Source of the DNA: Chiloscyllium plagiosum
Taxonomy: Eukaryota
DNA: 64,000 nt
Assembly: GCF_004010195.1 (NCBI RefSeq)
Contig: NC_057720.1
Span: 23,360,560 to 23,424,559, forward strand
Direction of reading: 5' to 3'
Shown: in pieces, positions 35,630 to 47,973 of the stretch
Numbering within the stretch: position 1 is the first letter of the stretch
Layout: every line of letters starts with the position of its first letter
Program-made: the position numbers and the translations under genes
The notes under the pieces: model-generated
Databases searched by the model: none
What the model was told of the DNA's origin: nothing
Seen by the model: the letters and a program-made list of their open reading frames with translations, nothing else

Positions 35630-37350
35630 AACCACAGAGTCACACAGCATGGAAACTGAGTCTTCGGTCCAACTAGTCCATGCTGATCATGTTCCCAAAT
35701 TAAACTAGTTCCACCTTCCTGCATTTGGTCCATATCCCTCCAAAACATTCCTAATCGTGTACTTATCCAAATGTCATTTAAACATTGTAATTGTACCTTC
35801 ATCCATCACTTCCTCTGGCAGTTCTTTCCACACACTAACCACTTCCTGTGTAAAAAAAAAAAGTTGCCCTTCATGTCCTTTTTAAGCCTTTCTCCTCTCA
35901 CTTTAAAAAATGCCCCCTAGTTTTGAACTAGCGCAGCCGGCCAGGCAGCATCCGAGGAGCAGGAGAATTGACATTTCGGGCATTAGCCCTTCTTCAGGAA
36001 AGGGCTTCCTGAAGAAGGGCTTATGCCCGAAATGTCGATTCTCCTGCTCCTCGGATGCTGCCTGGCCTGCTGCACTTTTCCAGCACCATACTTTTCAACT
36101 CTGGTCTCCAGCATCTGCAGTCCTCACTTTCTCCTAGGTTTGAACTAGCCCACCTTAATTTTCCTTAACCTTTGTTATTCACCTTTCATGATTTCATAAA
36201 TTTCTGTATGGTCACCTATCAACCTCATACGCTTCAATGAAAACTGTCCCAGCCCATCCAGCCTATTTTTGAAACTCAAATCCTCCATTCCCAGCAACAT
36301 CCTTGTAATTTTTTCTGAACTCTCTCCAGTTTAATAATACCCTTCCTCTAACAGGGCAACCAGAACTGCACACAGTATTCCAGAAGAGGCCTCAACATAA
36401 CGTCCCAAATCCAATACCCCAAGGTCTGAGCAAGGAAGGCAAGCATGCTAAATGCCTTCTTAACCATCTTCTTACCTGTGACACAAATTTCAAAGAATAA
36501 TGTACCTGAACCCCTATAAGTCCTGTCCTTGGTTGTTTTTGCAAAATGGAAGATGTCACATTTATCCAAATTAAACTCCATCTGCCAATCCTCAGCCTGT
36601 TGACCCAAGTCAAGTTTTTTCTTGTAACCTTTTTCACTGTCTACCACCAAATTTGGTGTCATCCACAAACTTACTTACCATGCTTCCAATATTCTCATCC
36701 AAATCATGTATATAAATGATGAACAAAAGTGGATCCAGTACTGTTCATTGTGGAACACCACTAGTCACGACCATGAAGTCTAAAAACAACCCTTCCTGTC
36801 TATTACTATAAAGCCAATTTTGTATTCAATTAGCAAGCTCACCTTGAATCCCATGTAATGTAACTTTACTAATCAGTCTACCATGCAGATCTTTTATCAA
36901 AGGATTTACTAAAATCCAAGTAAATGATGTCTACTGCTCTGCTCTCATCAAAGTTTTTGCTTACTGCCTCAAAATACTCAATCACGTTTTTGAGACACGA
37001 TTTCTCTCGAGCAAAACCATGCTGACTATACCTAATCATTCCTTGCCTGTCCAAATGCATGTAAACCTTATCTTTCAGAATCACCTCCAACAACTTGCCC
37101 ACCACTGATGTCAGACTCATATCTACTGTTCCCAGGCTTCTCCTTACTGCTTTTTTCAAAATAAAGGCACAACATTAGCCACTTTCCTGTAGTCCAGCAT
37201 CTCACTTGTGGTTATAGATGATACAAATGTTACTGATAGGGGCTCCACAATTCCTTCCCATAGTGTTCTGGAATATACTTGATTGTATCCTGGAGATTTA
37301 TCCACCTTTATGTTTTCTAAGACCTTTAACACTTCCTCTACTATAATGGG
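35630..37350 (-). mobile_element. CR1 LINE ORF2 RT and 3' end (degenerate)
   Basis: IKVDKSPG; SLTSVVGKLLE..SQHGFAREKSCL..YLDFSKSFDK; LLEYCVQFW. Confidence 0.92.
35933..36132. mobile_element. Fold-back mini-PLE insert (family A) inside CR1
   Basis: Back-to-back HHR motifs around 36000. TSD CCTAGKTTTGAACTAGC at 35916-35932 and 36133-36149 (1 mismatch). Confidence 0.88.
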
Positions 37351-38590
37351 AACTATAATTAGCATTATATCAGACCAGAAATGTTAGGATAAAACCCTGA
37401 AGAAGTTACTTAAAACTGAATACATAAAAGCAGCTATGTGATAGCTTACTGTTGGAGCTATCTGTAGTTCAAGGCTAAAAGTTGAAGTTATAAGTGACTT
37501 AAACCTACTGAAACACAGGGACTTTGGTGTGAGTGCTGTTTGAGTTCTGTTTTTGTTATATAACCAGGGTTGCACTTTCCGTACCAGACAAAAGCTGTTT
37601 TATTTTCTTTCGATTTAATTTTGGAATTAATGTGGTTATACTTGTACTGTGTTTAAAAATATTTGAATTTATATTATAAATAGATGGTTTGGTTTATTCT
37701 AGGTTATCTTCACTTGTTTTGTTAATAAACTTCTATTTGTTTGAAGTCAGCAGCATTTGAGGGACCACTTCGTTAAAACCAAAACAATTCAAAACATGAT
37801 GTATCAAGCCAGATTCCTCTCTAGAATCTGACATGTCCGGTAAAAACATCAGCTGAGATCAGACTACTAGCCAGATCTCTTATAATCTGAACAAGTGAAA
37901 TTGGCAGCTTCCCCCACAATTGAGGATGACTTGTTTTCACGGGATGACTGTTAAATCCATTGGATGATCTGCAGACTCTGGCACATTTAGGATAGATGGC
38001 ACTTGACGGGTTAAGATGAAGTAAATTGGAAGAATATTCTTCTTCAGCATCAACAATTACATTAACTTGTTGGGCTGAATGAGTTTTCTCTGCACAGTAA
38101 ATAGTAATTGCAGTTACTTAGGCTGGAATTGTGCATTGGGAACATGTGGAGATTCTGATGAGCTGACTAGATGTCCCAACTCCTACCCAACAGCACCCTG
38201 ACTTCTCCCAACAGGCCACTGCCTGACCCAACCCCCAACTCAGTAGTAATGTTCTTCAACAAAAGCCTTGACCAATGTCAACTCCTTCCAAATTTCCCAT
38301 CGTCCCAACATAACTCCTCCAACTATACTCACCCTGATATTCCACCAATTCACCCTAATCCAATTTGACCCTTTGACCAAAGCTAAGCACATCTACTTAG
38401 CTAATATTCTAATACATTAGCTACCCACAACCACGTGGCATCTTAACTCCCACATTCGCACAGCACCCTACACCCTCACTCCTACCCCCTCACCCAGGCT
38501 GGTACCCTACCGCCTCTCACCCACTTACCATCTTACTTCTCTTGTCCACTTCAGTAATGCCTTATCAGCTTCAACTATCTGCCATCCTAT

Positions 38591-39332
38591 TGTGGCCAGA
38601 CAGGCCATTCAAAATGATGAATTTATGAAAATGGGCAATGAGGCATGCTGGGAAATAGAGACAAGCCTTGGCCAAAAGTGATTGCTCAAAGACTCTGGAA
38701 TAAGCATGTTGCAGAATCCAGACAGGCTGAAGCTACAGACAGACAGTACGCAATTGACTCAGAAGCTGCAGACCACTCAATACACTTGAATTTGAATGGA
38801 ACGGTATGAACCGGAATGCCATCCCCAGGACAATCGGAAACATCAAGTTGTTTACCAGACACAGGTGCACCTCACATCCTTATGTGGAGAGGGCCACCTG
38901 ACCTATGTGCACCTAACTCCTCCAGGAATGGATACCCAAGGACCACCCTGCCATCGACATGTCAACACCTGGTTGGGTCCAATCGCTCAGGACGATTGAG
39001 CCCTGATCAATCTATTGCTGGACATCGAAGACCCTCCCAAAAGGGTGCAAAGACTTCTAAGTATAACTATCGTTGCAACACCACCCTCAGGAGTGGTAAC
39101 TCAAGCTCAACCACCGAGAAAAGAAGACACCCCTGGGACCACTGGGAGAAGATGACCAGACAAACATAGTCACAAGATATTTGATTAGATTATAGTGTAA
39201 ATTATTAGTTTGTAGAATATTTTATTATAATATTGTGTTAAGTAAACAAATATTTTTGTTAATTATTATGAGTCAACTCGCAGTTGTTTTGCTAGGTATA
39301 AGAGTTAAACACACTGTGTAGCAGGTGCAACA
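38591..39332 (+). mobile_element. Solo LTR (742 bp)
   Basis: TGT...ACA termini, 4-bp TSD CTAT (38587-38590 and 39333-39336), TATA-like TATAA at about 39063, AGTAAA at about 39241. Confidence 0.7.
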
Positions 39333-40057
39333 CTATTTCCCTCCTCTCATCAACTTGCTGCACCCCCTCATCTACCTGGCACTCTTAACAACTGCCCCAT
39401 CTGCACCACCTGCACCCAAACCCCAACTTTCTCAAATCATCTTCCTCCCTATTCCCTTTTTCTTCACCCATCTGTCAACATACCCTCCCATATACAGCCT
39501 CTTACCTGTCATCATCCCACCCACTCAGAGTGTGGGGTTTCCACACTGATCCTCTCTGCTCTTCTCATTATGGATTTCTGGATTTGTCTGCACTGCTTCA
39601 AGTGAGAAGGCTGCTGGCCTAGAAAATCAGGGGGAGGACTCCTCCAAAGTATCTTATTCATTTTAGCCATTCAAGTATAGAAACAGGGTTTCCAATCCTG
39701 GCCATAATACCTGGAACTTAATCTCAACTTGTTTCATGAGTCATAATTTCACAGGACAGTCTTGTGACGCCTGAAAATCTTTCTCGACTTTATTTTTCCA
39801 CGTAAGAGTACCCAATGATGATTGGTTCTGCATTGAAATATCCCCGTAAGCAGTCCTAATACAGTGTTAGGTTGGTTACAAACTGAGAATCAATCCTTTC
39901 CATTCACGTAGGACTGAACAGTGTTCACAAGGCCCAAACATAGCATAAGTTCTAGTTAAAAACAAGTGATATGTACAGTCATGTTGTCAATTGGCTAATG
40001 ACAAAATGTTTAACTCATTGGCTCTGCTGAATAAAATTTGCCATGTCTTTGTTACAG

Positions 40058-40262
40058 TCGAGAGTGTGGTGCTGGGAAAGCACAGCAGGTCAGGCAGCAC
40101 CAGAGGAGCAGGAGAATCGACGTTTCGGGCATAAGCCCTTGATCTGGAATGCCCAAAACGTTGATTCTCCTGCTCCTCGGATGCAGCCTGACCAGCTGTG
40201 CTTTCCCACCAACACACTCTCAACTCTGATCGCCAGCATCTGCAGTCCTCACTTTCTCCTAG
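40058..40262. mobile_element. Fold-back mini-PLE insert (family A)
   Basis: TSD ATGTCTTTGTTACAG at 40043-40057 and 40263-40277. Arms join inside HHR stem II. Confidence 0.88.
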
Positions 40263-40618
40263 ATGTCTTTGTTACAGCTGGACTCAACTATTTCAATGCT
40301 CTTTTTGCTGGTTTCCTTCTTCCATCCTCTATTAAACTTGAGATCACCCAAAGCTCTGCTCCCATGACCTAATTCTCACCAACTTCCATTTCCCTCTTCA
40401 CCCGTGTCCTTGTGACCCACATTGACTCCATTCTGCAACAATTTGGTTTGAAAATTCTTATGTTCAAAACCCTACACAGTTTCACACCTCCACATCTCTG
40501 TAATCTTCTCCCAGCCCAACATCAGATCCATTTGCTGTCAAAATAACTAGAAGTCTAATATTGCACTGTATTTATATGCAAGTGGTACAGCAATTGCAAG
40601 CGAGGTGCAGATACATGG

Positions 40619-40713
40619 TTAAGTATCAATATCCAAAGTTTGCTGTCTTGAGTTACACCATTCCAGCAATATCTTTGAGTAAATGAAATGCTGCTGTCTG
40701 TCTTTCCAGTGAC
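40619..40713 (-). CDS. Candidate terminal coding exon of - strand gene (G-HWKDRQQHFIYSKILLEWCNSRQQTLDIDT*)
   Basis: TTTAATACAG acceptor. Phase 1 matches exon 44537-44631. Ends in TAA. Confidence 0.4.
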
Positions 40714-41070
40714 CTGTATTAAATGGCCTGAAGCCAAGTATTTGCTATGTATGTGGTAAATTCTCACAAAACCTCTGTCCAAAAGTTAGGTTTAATCATT
40801 TCAAACACAGGTACACCTTTATTGATGCAATAGTTATTCATTACTGTCCTCCCTGGTGCTAAAACTGAATGATTACATAGGTAAAGTCTCATTTCTTAAA
40901 GTTTTAATTAAAATTTTGCTTTTATGTTTGTCCCTTTTTCTCTCAAGGCAATATTTATTTCCATCTCTTTACTAAACTGATTTGACATTCTCTCACTGAT
41001 GTTTCTTTCTTAGTCTTTATGCGAATTTTGAAATGCTTCCACTTGATTGCCTAAAAATGTGGCCTAATCT

Positions 41071-41362
41071 TTTAGATTAGATTACATTACAGTGTGGAAA
41101 CAGGCCCTTCGGCCCAACAAGTCCACACTGACCCGCCGAAGCGCAACCCACCCATACCCCTACATTTACTCCTTACCTAACACTATGGGCAATTTAGTAG
41201 TCCTGCACATCTTTGGACTGTGGGAGGAAACCGGAGCACCCGGAGGAAACCCACGCAGACACAGGGAGAACATGCAAACTCCACACAGTCAGTCGCCTGA
41301 GGCGGGAATTGAACCCGGGTTTCTGGCGCTGTGAGGCAGCAGTGCTAACCACTGTGCCACCC
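41071..41362 (-). mobile_element. HE1-type SINE
   Basis: Near-identical to the copies at 42911 and 47105. Confidence 0.92.
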
Positions 41363-42259
41363 ACGTTTCCCCATTGTTCCTCGTAGCACCATTTTCACCT
41401 GGCCTTTCACTAACTTATCAGAGTAAAAAAAAAATGAAATAACCTGCACATGCAATAGCAACTTTCATTAATGGCCAATGCTTTTAGATGCAATGTAGTA
41501 TGATAATGTGGATGATAATGTAGTTGTGCTTCCAAATAGCACTGCTCATCTTTGGTACATTTCAGTATTAGTAAATAGGAAATTTTATTACATATGGAGA
41601 CCCTATACTTATAAATGGGAGAGACACATTTTTGATGATGGTCTTACATTAAATTAAATTAACTTATCACTAATTATCAATATTCAACATTGATTATCAT
41701 AAGAAAAATATTTCCTCAATTCTAGCAGAGCTGAAACATGCTTCTTGTAAGTCTTATTCATTAAAATATGTGTACAAATCTCCTTATAAAACTGTCAAGA
41801 TTAACTACTGATATTAAAAAACAGCATTAGAACTGAAATTAAACTTAATTTCTTGCAGCAATGCAATTCAATTATTTTAGATAGCTTATTTTGTGGAGGC
41901 CTGGAAAATGTCATTATTCCCACTACTAAATCTCAATTGGTACAATAAAAGGTCAGAAAAAGGGGTAAAAGATTTTATTTCTGTGGTAATATACATAAAT
42001 CAGCTGATTGTCTATAAAACATTAACACTGTTCAGTTAAATGAAACAGACGATGTGCACTTTTTTCAGTATGTAAATATCATTTTATTAACATCACAATG
42101 AATAACCTTTGTTAAATAACATTTTATAAATTGATTTATATATAAAATATGCTAGCCATTTAGCAGTACAGAACATGACTGTTGTTGAAAAAAGACATAT
42201 TCTTGACACTTTTCATCTTGCACTCAATGGTGGAAAGGTAGCATTTTTACTCTGTGACT

Positions 42260-42700
42260 TGATTTTTGATTTGACTTGATTTATTATTGTCACATGTACT
42301 AAGATACAGTGAAAAGTATTATATTTCATGCTAACCCAGACAAATCATATCTTACATAAATACATCAGGTAGTAGAACACAATGCAGAATATTGTGTTAC
42401 AGCTACAGAGAAGGTGCAGAGAAAGATCACCTCTAATATATGAGATCAATTCAGAAGTCTGATAACAGCAGGGAAGAAGCTCTTAACGGTGTTGGTATGT
42501 GTTTTCAAACATTTGCATCTTCTACCTGATGGAAGAGGGTGGATGTGAGTATAACTGGTGGGGGAGAGGTCTCTGCTTATTTTGACTGCTTTCCTGAGCC
42601 AGTGGGAAGTGTAGATGGAGTCAATGGGACGAAGGCTGGTTTTCCTGATGGGCTGGGCTGCATTCACAACTCTGCAATTTCTTACAGTCTTAGGCAGAAT
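42260..42700 (-). mobile_element. Rex1/Babar-type LINE 3' end
   Basis: PLPSGRRCKCLKTHTNTVKSFFPAVIRLLN*, followed by AATAAA and an (ATCAA)-like tail. Confidence 0.8.
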
Positions 42701-42910
42701 AGTTCCTGAGTGCTGGCAATGAATTCTGTTTAGTAGGAACATTGCAATGTAGAATGCACCAGTTAATGATGATAACCATTAACTGCCAAGTTTTGTTTAT
42801 ATTTTAAACCAGGCATATCTGATGATTTGTCATGACATTGTCCCGAGAAATCAACCAGTGAACACCTATTAGCTATTCTGTTGAGTTTAAACAGGCACAT
42901 GAGTGTGTAT

Positions 42911-43225
42911 ATTAGATTAGATTACATTACAGTGTGGAAACAGGCCCTTCGGCCCAACAAGTCCACACCGACCCGCCGAAGCGCAACCCACTCATACCCC
43001 TACATTTACCCCTTACCTAACACTACGGGCAATTTAGCATGGCCAATTCACCTGACCTGCACATCTTTGGACTGTGGGAGGAAACCAGAGCACCCGGAGG
43101 AAACCCACATAGACACGGGGAGAACGTGCAAACTCCACACAGTCGGTCGCCTGAGGCAGGAATTGAACCCGGGTCTCTGGCACTGTGAGGCAGCAGTGCT
43201 AACCACTGTACCACCATGCTGCCCA
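42911..43225 (-). mobile_element. HE1-type SINE, full length
   Basis: A and B boxes, V-domain, (TAATC)n tail. Confidence 0.93.
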
Positions 43226-43759
43226 CGGTGCAGCCTGCATATTCTCTTTCTGCAAAGAACAGGGCCCTATGGATTCATATATGTAGCTTCCAGTACATGC
43301 AAGTGTGCCATATTGTGAGCCTTCAACATAATTAGTGACAAACTCAGGATTTATCCGGATAAGTGCAAGATGAAAAGCTTCAACCAAAAGTATCTTTTCT
43401 TCAGCGGTATAAAATGTGACTTGTTTGCATCAACGTTTTTGAAACACACACAAAATATTTTGAATTATGTCATGAGCAAATCAGAAATGAGCTTTGTGGC
43501 ATTATTGAATCTTTCAAAAACATACAAAAAGGGAAGTGAACTGATAAAGCAAAGCCTAAAGCACTTCACTGCACAGTATTCATTGTTCCAATGTAAAGAG
43601 TTTGTACAAATGGAATCAAAAAGTCCCTGTTAATTCCACCTCAACTCATATAGAATTCTTCTTATAAAATAATTCTGGAGGCTTAGATAATAAATTTGAA
43701 GATGTAAAATGCTAAAATACTACTATGGCTAATGTCAAACCAACATATTTTTTACTGAA

Positions 43760-44420
43760 TCATAGAATTATTGCGGTGCAAGAGACGACCATTTGGCCCA
43801 TTGCTTCTGCACAGGCTGTATGATCTTGTGCCAATCTCTTGCCTTTTCTCCATAGCGTTGCATATACCATTACTATCCAAATAACCTTCCAATACCTCCT
43901 TGAATGCCTTTCTTCACCACATTTCCAGGCAGGGCATTCCATATCTCAACCACTCGTTATGTAAAAAAGTTTATTCTCACATCACCCTTGCTTCATTTGT
44001 ACATCGCTTTATATCTGTAGCTTCTCATTCTTGTTTCTTTACAAGTAGGAACAGCTTCACCCTATCTACTCTGTCTAACCCACTCATGATTTTGAAAACC
44101 TCAATCAGATCTCCTCTTAGCCTTCTAGTCTCCAGGAAGAACAGTCCCAATTTCTTCAATCTATGCTCATAGCTGAAGTTTTCATGCCTCAAACCATTCT
44201 TTGAAATTGATTCTGCATAACCTCCAATGCATTCACAGCTTCTGTATAACATGATGCCACTATTGTATACAATACTCCGGTTAATGTCTAACAAGTGTCT
44301 TGTAGAAGTTCAAAAATCACCCCATGTTCTTCTACTCATTCAGCTTTATTAATGAAGTAATGCACTGCATGCTTTATTTACTACTCTCTCTACCTGTCTT
44401 CCATCTTCAATGGTATTCAG
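43760..44420 (-). mobile_element. Old CR1 LINE 3' end
   Basis: FSYEHRLKKLGLFFLETRRLRGDLIEVFKIMSGLDRVD. Confidence 0.85.
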
Positions 44421-44536
44421 AAGAAACTGTTGAAGAGTATTGTTAAAGGTGAAATTCCATGTGACAATTGTAATATTCATAGTTTTTTGGATTTGTAAAT
44501 AACTATAGATTATTAAAATATCTACTTTTTAATCAC

Positions 44537-44631
44537 CTGATTTCCTCAGCATAACTTCAAAATAATCAAATACATGTTGAAGCTGTGGCTCTCCTTCATG
44601 TTCTTGAAGGCTCTTATGGTTTATGATTAAT
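44537..44631 (-). CDS. Coding exon of - strand gene (LIINHKSLQEHEGEPQLQHVFDYFEVMLRKS)
   Basis: TTGCAG acceptor, CAG|GTGATT donor, 95 nt, phase 2 to 1. Confidence 0.5.
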
Positions 44632-46619
44632 CTGCAATGTTTGATTGTTTTGCTTCATTTCTCACTGATTGATTACTTCATTACTTGTTGACAATCAATG
44701 AATTGGAGATATTAATTATTCACTGCAATGACTAATAGCCTAGTTTGGATATCAGTCAGTGGTCAATTTTATAACTGGTCCTAAAATTGGTTTGCATTAT
44801 CCAATCTAAATATTAATCTCAATTGTATCCATTTCAAGTGTTGAGGTTGCTTTAAGGTCAATTATAAAATTAGAGCAGTTTGATTCGAAAGATATTATGC
44901 ATTTCTGTACCTAAATTAATTGTAAATCACAATAATTCATCAGCTCAAGTCTGAGCTTCTGTAAGGCTATTAACTATCGACTCCTCTGGAATCTGTGCTA
45001 CATTGTGGAAACCCACCAGATAACATCAGTTTTTGATTAAATTAATGGCTCTAGGGAAAACAGTTCCAAATGTATCTTCAAAAATGGCTTTGACATAACA
45101 TTTCTGCTGAACAATCTGAAGTTTTTTTCACAAAAGCGACCAATATTTCAAGGAACGAGAGAAATCCATTCTATGAAATTATCAGTTTTGTTAATTGTTT
45201 TAAATTTTTACTGCAAAAATTGGTGTGTGGTTTATGTAAATATGTCTTAGTACTTCATACTTTACATAATCAAAAGCAATCTTTTGGTTGCAAGAAACAT
45301 TTTGAATGTAGTATCTTACATGTAGACGACAATTTAGGAAGTGCTATGCTCACATCTTTAAATTCCAGAGGATTTCAAAATTTGTAGTGATATAACCAGA
45401 AAAGAATGTTATATCTACATAGAACAGTAGTTGTTTGAACAACATAAAAATGAACATGATGGTATTTCAGTGGTTCAGACACATTTTCATTAACATGACT
45501 AATTGTGAGTTATTTGCAACATTAATTGCCCTTGAGAAGGCGGTGGTGAGCTGTCCCCTTTGAACCATTACAGTCCATGTGGTCCAGGTACACTCACAGT
45601 TCAATTTTGAAGGGAGGTCCCAGATTTTAATCCCAGGATACTGAATTTCATCATGGCAGGGAAAATCTCTGCCATGGCAAAAACGCAGAGGTTAGGGTAT
45701 CTAAGTCTAGCCCTGAAATCAGCATCTCTCATTTTCTAAGTGGAAGGATTGTGGGCAGTCTTTAGTTTGTGCATGTGTAGTTCCCAGAGCATCTGGCCAT
45801 TTGTGGGATGTGGGAGTCACTGACAGGGCCAGTATTTGCAGCCTTGAACTGGGTGTGCTGTTGGGCTGTTCCATCGGGCAGTAGAGGATAAACCACATTA
45901 CTGTGCATTTGGAGTTGCATATAGACCAGATTGCTGGAATGATACCTGCAGCATAGGCCTACCTAGTCTTGAGCACCCAACGACCTGTTTCTGACCTGAA
46001 TGCAACCAAAGCCTCTCAACTGAGCTGGCTTCCTGGTGTGGCCCCAGTCAGTGAAATTATGGTTAAGCCTCCACAGCCTTTAGGGGAAGGTCAACTTCCA
46101 AGTCCCTTGCATCTTACTGTCATCCCAGCACCAAACCCTATCCAATCTCCAACAATTCCAGTCTGAGGAATGAATCTCTATATCTGTATAAATTAACTTT
46201 CAATGTTAGAATGGTTGTAATGAACACTTTGACACTATTTAAAAGGGTGTTCAGATTGAAATGATCTTGCCCCAACATTTTTGTGGTGAGCTTAGTTCAT
46301 ATCAAGCATTGAGGCTTCACACCATTCAATACAATTAAATAGCAAGTTAGATAGCGAGATAACATTTTCACTACACCAATACTTCAACAGGTAGCATACT
46401 AAACTGCACACCTATTCTTACTTGAAGTGGTTGTGCAATTTGTACTCAATAATTCAGCACCATTATGTTATTTTTAGAGACAGGAAATTCTGCACCAACA
46501 TTTGTCATGGGAATTTGCTTCCATGCTTGAATTTGTCCAACTGCATTGTACCACTATTAAAAATCTTGAGCACAAATGTTCATCTTAATTCCTCGGCTGG
46601 TCAAGTGGCTCACTCATAC

Positions 46620-47030
46620 AGCTACACATTTTCCCACACATCTCAGAAGTAAATGGGACTTGAAGCAAGGCTTCTTGACTCAGAGATAAGGACACTATCA
46701 CTGCACCCCAAGAGGGCCCCTAATTATAGAGCTACAATTTAAAAAAAAAATAACATTTTTCTAATCAGCCAGTTCAGAGATATTGTTACACATCCCTAAA
46801 GCAGGTTGGACTTGAATCTGGGCCTCCTAGCACATGGGTAGGGGCACTACCACTGCACCACAAGAGGACCCTTAATTAGAGAGCTACACTTTCTTTTTTC
46901 TAATCAGCATGTTCACACATGTTATTACACACCTCTGGAGCAGGTGGGATTTGAACTCCAACCTCTTGGCCCATAGGTAGGGACACTACCACTGCACCAC
47001 AAGCAGGCCTAGCTAATTTTAGAGCTACAT
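46620..47030 (-). repeat. Three tandem tRNA-like (Pol III A/B box) short units
   Basis: Each unit on the minus strand reads TGTAGCTCT..AATTA..GGTGCAGTGRTAGTGYCC..RTTCAARTCC..TGTGT. Confidence 0.8.
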
Positions 47031-47104
47031 CATGTTTACCTTAATTGAATTCAATAGGCAGATAATCTGGCCTAACAATTTACTGCTGAGCTGGGAAGGT
47101 AAAG

Positions 47105-47342
47105 TAGATTAGATTAGATTAGATTATTTACAGTGTGGAAACAGGCCCTTCGGCCCAACAAGTCCACACCGACCCGCCAAAGCGCAACCCACCCATACTC
47201 CTACGTTTACCCCTTTACCTGACACTACGGGCAATTTAGCATGGCCAAATCACCTGACCTGCACATCTTTGGACTGTGGGAGGAAACCGGAGCACCCGGA
47301 GGAAACCCACGCAGACACGGGGAGAATGTGCAAACTCCACAG
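47105..47342 (-). mobile_element. HE1-type SINE lacking the tRNA head
   Basis: Tail and V-domain only. Confidence 0.9.
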
Positions 47343-47932
47343 TACATCTCATGTAGAGTCCCCAAGGCTAGGAATATAGTCAGTATTAAGTGGTGTGATC
47401 CTCGCAAGGGAATTGTAGAAAAATATAACTAAATTTACCAAATCATTCCCAGGAAAGAAATTACCAACAAGTTTCACATTTTGCAATTTTTGCTTTAGTA
47501 CAAATTAGAACCCATGCAAATTAAGCATGAATTAGCAGGCAAATAAAACTTCAAACAGAAAAGGTCAATTTCACTTGAAATATTTAATATAACAAATATA
47601 CAGCCAGAGGCACTCACATCACTCCTCACATAAATGCAGCACTTCATACTCCCCAGTTCCAATGGCATTCTTTATTTGACAGTGTTCAACAGGAGTCTTT
47701 TCCAATAACATCCTTCCACTTTGAGTTTCACTAAGGGTGATTGTTATCTCCAAGGCACATTACTCTCTCTCTCTCAAGACAGAACAGTGCTGCCATTGTA
47801 GGTTTCCAAAGCTTATTTTCAACTGAACAATAAATAACACCCTGGTTCATGGTTTGGTCTCTCCTGAGATAACACCCAGCTCTTCAGCATTTACAACCTA
47901 TTCACAGACCTGTTCTGTTTTTGTTAAGTTAC

Positions 47933-47973
47933 CTTATGCAGTAACTCCAAGGGCTCTTGTTTCTTTCCACTTG
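47933..47973 (-). CDS. Candidate small exon of - strand gene (QVERNKSPWSYCI-R)
   Basis: TTTTTCTCTTTAATTGTCAG acceptor and AAG|GTAACT donor. Phase 0 to 2 bridges exons 57730 and 44631. Confidence 0.4.

Noticed and set aside
35210..37865. Possible old LTR split by the CR1 at 35630-37350
   Set aside because: LTR-like composition and an AATAAA, but I could not define termini or a TSD.
19943..43225. tRNA genes at SINE heads
   Set aside because: The A/B-box heads continue into a V-domain and LINE-like tail, so they are SINEs and not tRNAs.
46620..47030. CRISPR-like array
   Set aside because: Vertebrate context, long diverged units, no unique spacers and no cas genes.
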